DNA of 64,000 nt from NCBI GenBank assembly GCA_003162245.1, contig PMMM01000196.1:8900-72899 (forward strand), read 5' to 3'. Below, piece by piece: positions 57,795 to 64,000 of this stretch (position 1 is its first letter; the number at the start of each line of letters is the position of its first letter). The translations under genes were made by a program, and so were the position numbers. Source of the DNA: Phycisphaerales bacterium (GTDB taxonomy: Bacteria; Planctomycetota; Phycisphaerae; UBA1845; Fen-1342). The notes under the pieces were generated by a model. The model made no database searches. It was not told the DNA's origin and saw nothing but the letters and a program-made list of their open reading frames with translations.

Positions 57795-59117
57795 ATGCGA
57801 GTACTGCGAATGACGGCTGTGGTAGGGGGGTGGTTGCTCATCGGGCTGGCGTCGGCCGGGGCCCAGGACATCGCCAAGGAGCAGAACAAGCTGCTCGCCA
57901 AGCGGGCGGCCGAGGCCGACGCCTACCGCAAGCTGGCGGAGATCGTGTACGGGCTGCAAATCAACTCGCGGACGTACGTGCGCGATTTCGTGACGGAGTC
58001 CGACGACATCCGCGGCGAGGTCGACAGCTTCATCAAGGGGATTCGCCTCGGCACGCCGACCTGGTACGAGGACGGTTCGTGCGAGGTCCCCGCGGAGGTG
58101 ACGGTCGCGAAGGTCGTCGAGGTTCTGCGCTCTGCGCACGACCGCTACTACAAGGGCGACGACGTCAAGACCAGTGACTTCGAGTCGATCACGAAGCGTA
58201 TCGAGAAGAACGTGATCAAGGTCGTTGGAATGGGCGCGCCGCGCCCGGATCTGCCGCCCGACCTGCCCCAGGGGGCCGTGGAACTCCTCGGTCCGCCGCC
58301 AAGGGAGCTGCCCAAGCCGCCGATCCCGGCGATCTGGGCGAATCTCGGGCCGGAGGCGGCGCGGGCGCGGCTCATGGCCATCCAGGCCGCGCACGTCGAC
58401 GCCCTGCGCAAGCTGGCCGAGCGGCTCAAGGGCCTGCGGCTCACGTCGCGCACGCAAGTCCGCGATTTTGTGACCGAGAGCGACGAGGTCCGCGCCGACA
58501 TGGATGCGTTTCTCAAGGGGGCCGAGGACGTATCGACGTACCTCCATAACGACGAGCTGATTGCCGAGGTCACGCTGCGCGTGCCGACCGAGCAGGTCAT
58601 CACCACGATCAGGTCGCTGCACAGCCGGCGCTACAAGAACAACGACCCGGACGAGACCCGGGGTCACGACATCGAAGAGGTCGTCAAGACCATCGTGAAG
58701 AAGGATTTCGAGGCGACCGGCATGGGCGTCCCGCCGCCGAAGTACATCCAGGCGTACGCCGAGCGGGTCGAGCTCCCCGATTGGGCCGCCGATTACGTCA
58801 AAGCGGACGGCGAGGGCACCGACCCCGCGATCGACACGCCACAGGGCAAGCTCAAGGCCGCGCGGGCCGCGGAGATGGATGCGAAGCGGAAGCTGGCGGA
58901 GCGAATCGCCGGCCTCCGGTTGCGCGGCGATACGACCGTCCGCGATTTCCTGACCGCGCACGACACAGTGGACACGCTCGTGCAGGCGTTCATCGCCAAC
59001 GCCGAGGTGCTCAAGACGGAGATCACCGGCGAGACGGCGCATGTGACGGTCGGCGTGCCCGGGATGCAGGTGTTCGGGGCGATCGACGAGGGGATGCGGC
59101 GGGCGGCGCGGCAATAG
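57795..59117 (+). CDS. Secreted protein with three tandem LPP20/FlgP-like domains
   Basis: Signal peptide; three repeats of A..AA..DA.RKLAE...GL......VRDF. Confidence 0.7.
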   Translation: MRVLRMTAVVGGWLLIGLASAGAQDIAKEQNKLLAKRAAEADAYRKLAEIVYGLQINSRTYVRDFVTESDDIRGEVDSFIKGIRLGTPTWYEDGSCEVPAEVTVAKVVEVLRSAHDRYYKGDDVKTSDFESITKRIEKNVIKVVGMGAPRPDLPPDLPQGAVELLGPPPRELPKPPIPAIWANLGPEAARARLMAIQAAHVDALRKLAERLKGLRLTSRTQVRDFVTESDEVRADMDAFLKGAEDVSTYLHNDELIAEVTLRVPTEQVITTIRSLHSRRYKNNDPDETRGHDIEEVVKTIVKKDFEATGMGVPPPKYIQAYAERVELPDWAADYVKADGEGTDPAIDTPQGKLKAARAAEMDAKRKLAERIAGLRLRGDTTVRDFLTAHDTVDTLVQAFIANAEVLKTEITGETAHVTVGVPGMQVFGAIDEGMRRAARQ

Positions 59118-59129
59118 GCTGCGACCGCA

Positions 59130-59167
59130 ATTTGGATTTTCGGTTTTCGATTCTCGGTTTTGGATTT
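59130..59167. repeat. Degenerate tandem 7-mers (RTTTTCG)
   Basis: attttcg gttttcg attctcg gttttgg. Confidence 0.7.
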
Positions 59168-59179
59168 GAGGGATCAGTC

Positions 59180-59344
59180 ATGGTCAAGTGGTGCTGCCGA
59201 ATCGGCGTGCTCGTGTGCGTGTTGGCCGGCCTCGTGACGGCCACCGGTTGTCACAAACGCACGCATCGCGAAGTACAGGTCCACGAGGAAACGCACGAGG
59301 GCCAGGTGCACGAAGCCCCGCGCGGCGAAATGGTCCCGGAGTAG
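59180..59344 (+). CDS. 54-aa predicted lipoprotein, His/Glu-rich
   Basis: Hydrophobic signal ending ATGC; fills the gap between two same-strand genes; GAGGG upstream. Confidence 0.6.
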   Translation: MVKWCCRIGVLVCVLAGLVTATGCHKRTHREVQVHEETHEGQVHEAPRGEMVPE

Positions 59345-59355
59345 CAGCCCCGCCT

Positions 59356-60708
59356 ATGAGATCGTTGCGTTTCGCATGGCCGGCCGCGGCACTCCCGCTC
59401 CTGGCGGCGCTTTTCGGCATCTTCGCCGCACACGCGGCACCGCCGAGCAGCGCGCCGGCCGCCCCCACGGCTGCGCAGCGCAAAACGCTCGAGTTGCTGG
59501 CACTCGGCAAGGCGCGCACGGAAGCGCTCCAGCGCATACGTGCGTTGCCGCTCACGCGTGAGGCTGGCGTCGGCGATTGGGTGACGGGCAGCGTTGAGCT
59601 GGACCGCGCCCTGCGGCTTTGGGTGCGCAATCGGCCGGCGGAGGGCCAGTTGCGCCAGTATTCCGATGCGGTCTGCGAGGTCGACGTCGCCATTTCGCCG
59701 GACGACCTGCGCGACCAGTTGCTACGGCTGCTGGATGAGTTCGGCGCCGCGGCCGGTGTGCGCGGGGTGGACGCGGCGGCGATTCAGGCAGCAGCGAAAC
59801 GCTGGCCGATGGTGTGGACGACCGGCAGCGCCGCCCTCGCCGAGCATCCGGTCACGGACCGGCCGCCCGGGTGGGAGGATGTCACGAGCACGGGCCTGGA
59901 CTTGGCACGACAGGCCGCCGAGGCCGACGCGTATCACGCGCTGCTCGATGAGGCGGGGCGGTTGAAGGTCACCGCGGCGCGGCGATTGCGGGAGTTTTTC
60001 GACATCAGCGACGCCGTCCGCAACGCGGTGTACGACGGCGTGCGTAAGGAAAGCAAGACCAGCACGCAGTTCGAGCCGGACCAGATTGCCGTCGCCACCG
60101 TGCGGATCGGCATCAAGGATCTGATGCGCATCGTGACGAAGGCCCACGACGACCAGTACCGCGGGGAGGACTTCACCGCGGCCGATTTTCGCGAGATGGT
60201 GCTCCTGGCCGGGCGGGACGAACTGAGCGCGACCGGGCTCGCCCCGCCGCCGGAGCGTACGATCCTGCGGAACCGCTACACGCCGATCGAGCTTGATGCG
60301 CCGGCGTGGGCCGGCGACACGCGAATGGCCGTTGGCCACTTCGAGCCGGTGGAGGGGCAGTCGCCGGATGCGGCGACGCAGTACCAGGCCGCGCGCCTGG
60401 ACGCGCTCGACCAATTGCGGCGGAAGGTCGAGGCGCTGGTGATCCAGCAGAACGTCAGCGTCGCGGAATTCGTCGGTTACCATCAGGACCTGAAGGACGA
60501 CGTCGTGCTGTTCCTCAGCGGGGCGCGCGTGATTCGCCGCCAGGTCCGCCCGGACGGTGGGGCGGAGGTCGAAGTGGAGCTGCCGCTGCGGCGGCTGTGG
60601 GAAATCGTGCGGCGGGATATGAAGCTCGAGGAAGTCGAGCCGGCTGAGACCGCGACCGGGCCGGCCAGCCCCGCAACGCTGCCCGCCCCGCAGAAGGAGA
60701 ATCCATGA
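59356..60708 (+). CDS. Secreted diverged paralog with three LPP20/FlgP-like domains
   Basis: Signal peptide; LARQAAEADAYHALL, YQAARLDALDQLRRKV, ELSATGLAPPP and PAWAG align with the 57795 protein. Confidence 0.62.
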   Translation: MRSLRFAWPAAALPLLAALFGIFAAHAAPPSSAPAAPTAAQRKTLELLALGKARTEALQRIRALPLTREAGVGDWVTGSVELDRALRLWVRNRPAEGQLRQYSDAVCEVDVAISPDDLRDQLLRLLDEFGAAAGVRGVDAAAIQAAAKRWPMVWTTGSAALAEHPVTDRPPGWEDVTSTGLDLARQAAEADAYHALLDEAGRLKVTAARRLREFFDISDAVRNAVYDGVRKESKTSTQFEPDQIAVATVRIGIKDLMRIVTKAHDDQYRGEDFTAADFREMVLLAGRDELSATGLAPPPERTILRNRYTPIELDAPAWAGDTRMAVGHFEPVEGQSPDAATQYQAARLDALDQLRRKVEALVIQQNVSVAEFVGYHQDLKDDVVLFLSGARVIRRQVRPDGGAEVEVELPLRRLWEIVRRDMKLEEVEPAETATGPASPATLPAPQKENP

Positions 60709-61925
60709 GAGTTGTGCTCGTCGCTCTCCTGTGTTCCGCGTGCATGCTGGCCAGTGCGCAGCCGGAAGAGGCTCCAGCCCCGCCGCCGCCGGAGCGGGAG
60801 CCCGAGGCGAAAGTCGTCCGGGTGACCGCGGAGGGGTACAACCGCGACGACGCGCTAAAGCAGGCGCTGCGGAAGGCGGTCGAGCAGGGGGCGGGCGTGG
60901 AGATTTCGGCGCATTCGAACGTCGAGAACTTCGCGCTGATCCGCGACACGATCTACAGCCGGGCGGCCGGCCTGGTCAGCGACTACAAGGTCCTTCAGGA
61001 GCGCGAGGGCCCCGGGGGCACTGTAGAAGTCACGATCGAGGCGACCGTCCGCCCGAGCACCGTCGCGAAGATGTGGGGCGAGGTACAGAACGTCCTCGAC
61101 CAGATCGGCCGGCCCAAGATCATGGTCTGGATCGACGAGAAGATCGACGGCCGCCTGGAGGACGACTCGGTCGTCGAGAGCCGCATCGAGCAACTGTTCC
61201 TGAAGGCCGGCTTCGACCTGGTCGAGCGGAAGGCTGTCGAGGACATCAAGCACCGCGAGGCCGCCGACGCCCGGGATGAGCGGGACGCGGCCAAGCTGGC
61301 CCGTCTGGCCAAAGACGCCGGCGCCCAAATCCTGATCCGCGGCTCGGCGAACGCCGACCGCGTCGGGGTGCGCGACATCTACGGGGCGAAGGCCGCCTTC
61401 TACAACTGCGGCGTCCAGGCGAAGATCTACTACACCGACACCGGCAAGCTGCTGGTGAGCGAGTCGATCCCGACGCGCGAGCGCGGCGTGCGGTCGTACC
61501 ACGAGTTCAGCCCGCCCGCGGCCCGGGCCGCGCTGGTCGCCGCGACGTTTCCCGACACGGATAATCGGCGTGAGCCGGTGCTGGCGGTCAAGCTGATCGA
61601 CGCGGTGATGGAGCAATGGTCGACGCAGATCACCGCCGCGGGCGACATCGAGCTGGAGGTCGACCGGCTCGACTTCAAGACGTACGTCGAGCTGAAGAAG
61701 GCGCTGGCCGGCTTCAATCCGGATCGCATCCGCTCGGTGGAGGGCGACTTTTCGAAGGGGACGGGCCTATATCGCATCAAAGCGCAGATGTCGGCCCAAA
61801 CGCTGGCCGAGCGGCTCACCGAGAAGCCGTTCGCGGCGTGGATCGAGGTGCTCGACCTGAAGCCGAACCGCATCCAGGCCCGCGCGGTGGACCGGCCGCA
61901 CGCCGTGCCTGAGAGCCAACCCTAA
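60705..61925 (+). CDS. Secreted FlgT-like protein (FlgT_N-like domain plus CsgG/FlgT-M-like domain)
   Basis: VTAEG..DDALKQALRKAVEQGAGVEI..IYSRAAGLVSDYKVL; PKIMV..FLKAGFDLVER..AQILIRG..DTGKLL. Confidence 0.62.
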   Translation: MRVVLVALLCSACMLASAQPEEAPAPPPPEREPEAKVVRVTAEGYNRDDALKQALRKAVEQGAGVEISAHSNVENFALIRDTIYSRAAGLVSDYKVLQEREGPGGTVEVTIEATVRPSTVAKMWGEVQNVLDQIGRPKIMVWIDEKIDGRLEDDSVVESRIEQLFLKAGFDLVERKAVEDIKHREAADARDERDAAKLARLAKDAGAQILIRGSANADRVGVRDIYGAKAAFYNCGVQAKIYYTDTGKLLVSESIPTRERGVRSYHEFSPPAARAALVAATFPDTDNRREPVLAVKLIDAVMEQWSTQITAAGDIELEVDRLDFKTYVELKKALAGFNPDRIRSVEGDFSKGTGLYRIKAQMSAQTLAERLTEKPFAAWIEVLDLKPNRIQARAVDRPHAVPESQP

Positions 61926-62046
61926 CGACAGAGGCACAACGCGGGCCGCGCGCGCAACCCACTATGGCGACCGCAGGGCGCGCGAGAAGACCGCGCGACG
62001 CAAATGTCGCGGCTCGGGTGGACTGCGTTCCCAACGAGGTAGAACA

Positions 62047-64000
62047 CTAAGGCCAGACCATGATGAGGTTGCCGAGGGACTGGGGGGAGTAGCAGTTGCC
62101 GCGGGCGCCGGACCAGGAGGAGTATTCGCCGCGGCGGGCGTCGAGGCGCGTGACGTTGAGCCCCCAGTAGTTGTTGCGCCGCGTCTGCGGGTCGAACGCG
62201 CCGAGGGGGATCGCGAGCTCGACGACCCAGGCGTCGCGGCCGACGGTCACGGCGACGCGCGCGCCGCTGGGCCAGACCTGCGAGGCCCCGATCGGCGGGT
62301 CGGTGCGGCAGCCCTTGCGGGCCACGAGCAGGCCGCTGGGCTTGACCTGTAAACAGTACAGGTCGCCGCTGGTTCCCGCGGTGGTGGGCCGCGGGTCGAT
62401 CAGGATTTCGACCAGGTCCTGGCCCCACGGGACGATGCCGTCAATTGGCATGGTGTTGTCGGCGCGCCAGAGCGGGGGCTCGCCGCCGCGGAGCGCGCAG
62501 CGCACGCCGATGTAGAGGTTTTCCGGGTCGAGACCGAAGAAGGCCTGGGTGGGCAGCGTCGGGCTGCTGAGCTCCGGGGTGCGGTGGCGGCAGAGGCGAA
62601 AATCACCGGCGGCATTGTTCGACGCGAGCGGCCAGTCGTCCAGTTGGCCGTCGATGACGGGCGGGATCTCGAGCGGCGGACAGGCGGCGACGGCCAGGCG
62701 GGCTTCGCGGCGAAAGGCCCCGAGGGCGGGGGAATCGAAGACCACGTCGAAGGGGTAGACGCCGTCGGCGTTGTACGCCAGTGACTTGAGGTCCACGTCG
62801 AGGCGTGTCGGACGCCGCGCGCCGGGCGCCACGCTGGCGGCCACGTCGGCGGGCGGGGTCCACTCGGGCGGCGGATTGGGCAGGAGCCAACGGCCGTCAA
62901 TCGGGCGGTTCGTGGCGTTGGACAGGCTCGTGAAGACCTGGGCTTGCAAGCCCTGTGGGGGTGCGGTCAGGCGGACGCCGTCCACGCTGATCGTGACGCG
63001 TTCGGCTTGGTTGAAGAGCAGGCTCCACTGCGAGAGGCTGGCGATCTGCTGCTGGCGCGTGGCGGGATTCGGCGCGAACTCGCCGGCCAACTCGCGGAGC
63101 ATCAGCAGGCGCGCGAGCGCGAGCACGGACGGCGAGGCCGGCCAGCCGGCTTCCTTGGTGCTGAGCAGGTTGTCGAGGCACGCGTCGGTGCCGACCCAGC
63201 GGACGACTTGGTCGGCCATCTTCTGCGCCAGAAGCTGCTGCCCGTTCGTCTCGAGGAGCCGCAGCAGCTCGTAATCCTGAATGCCGCGCCGCAGACGCTT
63301 CAGCCGCACGGACGCGACGGGACCGCGCTCGCGCAGCCCATACTCGTCGGCGGGGTAGATCAGGGCCGCGCCGTCGGATGCGAAGGCGCCGGCGGCGGGC
63401 GGCGGCGTCCGGAACTCGGCGGCGTGCTCGATCCAGAGGGCGGTGACGCCGCACGCATAGGCCTGCCACGGCAGGATGCGCGGGTCGTTGGCGGGGGCGC
63501 CGATCGCCAGGGTGCCGCTGTAGGGCGGGTCGCTGGGCATGAACCAAGTGGATTGCCCGAGACGGCGCTGCTGGGCCATGGCGTCGGGCTCGAACCACAT
63601 GGCGGGCGGGGCCCAGATGTCCACGCCGGTGAGCTCGATCGGCGGTGCATCGAACCAGCCCAGCCCGCGCAGCGAACGGGGGGGCAGATGGGCGATGATC
63701 GGCAGCGAGGTTTCGCTTTGGCGGACGATGGCCGCGGCACGCCGGACGTGCTCGACGGCCGCGAGCGAAAGTTGCTCGGGGGGGCAGAGGCGCAGCACAG
63801 TGCGCTCGCGCCAGCCGCGCTGCGCGAGATGTTGCTGGCACTCCTGGAGATAGCCGGCCAGCAGGCGGGCGTACTGCTGGGAGTCGAAGCCGCCGTTTTG
63901 CTGGGCGCTGGGGTACTCGACGGAGGCGGGGACGGGCCAGACTTCGAGCCGCGTGTGGTCTGCAAACGCGGAGCCGTCCAGCCAGCCGGACACCAGGCTG
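62047..64000 (-). CDS. C-terminal part of a DUF4091/GH123-like plus CBM9-like sugar-binding protein; 5' end outside window
   Basis: ALIYP..SVRLKRLRRGIQDYELL; PPVIDGQLDDW, ENLYIGVRC, WVVELAIP, WGLNVTR. Confidence 0.65.
   Translation of the reverse strand, partial: SLVSGWLDGSAFADHTRLEVWPVPASVEYPSAQQNGGFDSQQYARLLAGYLQECQQHLAQRGWRERTVLRLCPPEQLSLAAVEHVRRAAAIVRQSETSLPIIAHLPPRSLRGLGWFDAPPIELTGVDIWAPPAMWFEPDAMAQQRRLGQSTWFMPSDPPYSGTLAIGAPANDPRILPWQAYACGVTALWIEHAAEFRTPPPAAGAFASDGAALIYPADEYGLRERGPVASVRLKRLRRGIQDYELLRLLETNGQQLLAQKMADQVVRWVGTDACLDNLLSTKEAGWPASPSVLALARLLMLRELAGEFAPNPATRQQQIASLSQWSLLFNQAERVTISVDGVRLTAPPQGLQAQVFTSLSNATNRPIDGRWLLPNPPPEWTPPADVAASVAPGARRPTRLDVDLKSLAYNADGVYPFDVVFDSPALGAFRREARLAVAACPPLEIPPVIDGQLDDWPLASNNAAGDFRLCRHRTPELSSPTLPTQAFFGLDPENLYIGVRCALRGGEPPLWRADNTMPIDGIVPWGQDLVEILIDPRPTTAGTSGDLYCLQVKPSGLLVARKGCRTDPPIGASQVWPSGARVAVTVGRDAWVVELAIPLGAFDPQTRRNNYWGLNVTRLDARRGEYSSWSGARGNCYSPQSLGNLIMVWP

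Overview
GC-rich, densely coding 64-kb bacterial window. It is probably from Planctomycetota (Phycisphaerae-like); this is inferred from short-tailed PEP-CTERM proteins, C-terminal dockerin-like repeats and a prepilin-type protein. No rRNA, tRNA or CRISPR array was found. Left (1-16.2 kb): two convergent sugar/sugar-acid catabolic operons (SDR, KDPG-aldolase/KDG-kinase fusion, SSS transporter, Tat-signal PLP enzyme, heparinase-like protein, Gfo/Idh/MocA, GH38, URO-D-like, six-hairpin glycosidase, Tat-signal RidA). Next come an integrase remnant, comM and a frameshifted IS256. An envelope region (20-31.6 kb) holds two GT-C-like membrane proteins, a CPBP protease, an M1 peptidase and a non-phage cassette: GNAT, Tat-signal DUF6916-like protein, three tail-collar paralogs and a PEP-CTERM protein. 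The middle and right parts carry a HAL-like lyase with an unusual Val-Ser-Gly MIO triad, MacAB-like efflux genes, an FGE/CLec protein with a DGR-like variable region, an ECF sigma/Cys-rich anti-sigma pair, secreted proteases, mnmA, and a GspE/PilB ATPase divergent from a pilin-like gene. They end with a flagellum-independent operon of two paralogous triple LPP20/FlgP-like proteins, a tiny lipoprotein and an FlgT-like protein. The two best candidates for undescribed systems are the tail-collar/PEP-CTERM cassette and the FlgP/FlgT-like operon. All family calls come from motif recognition by eye; no database searches were run.
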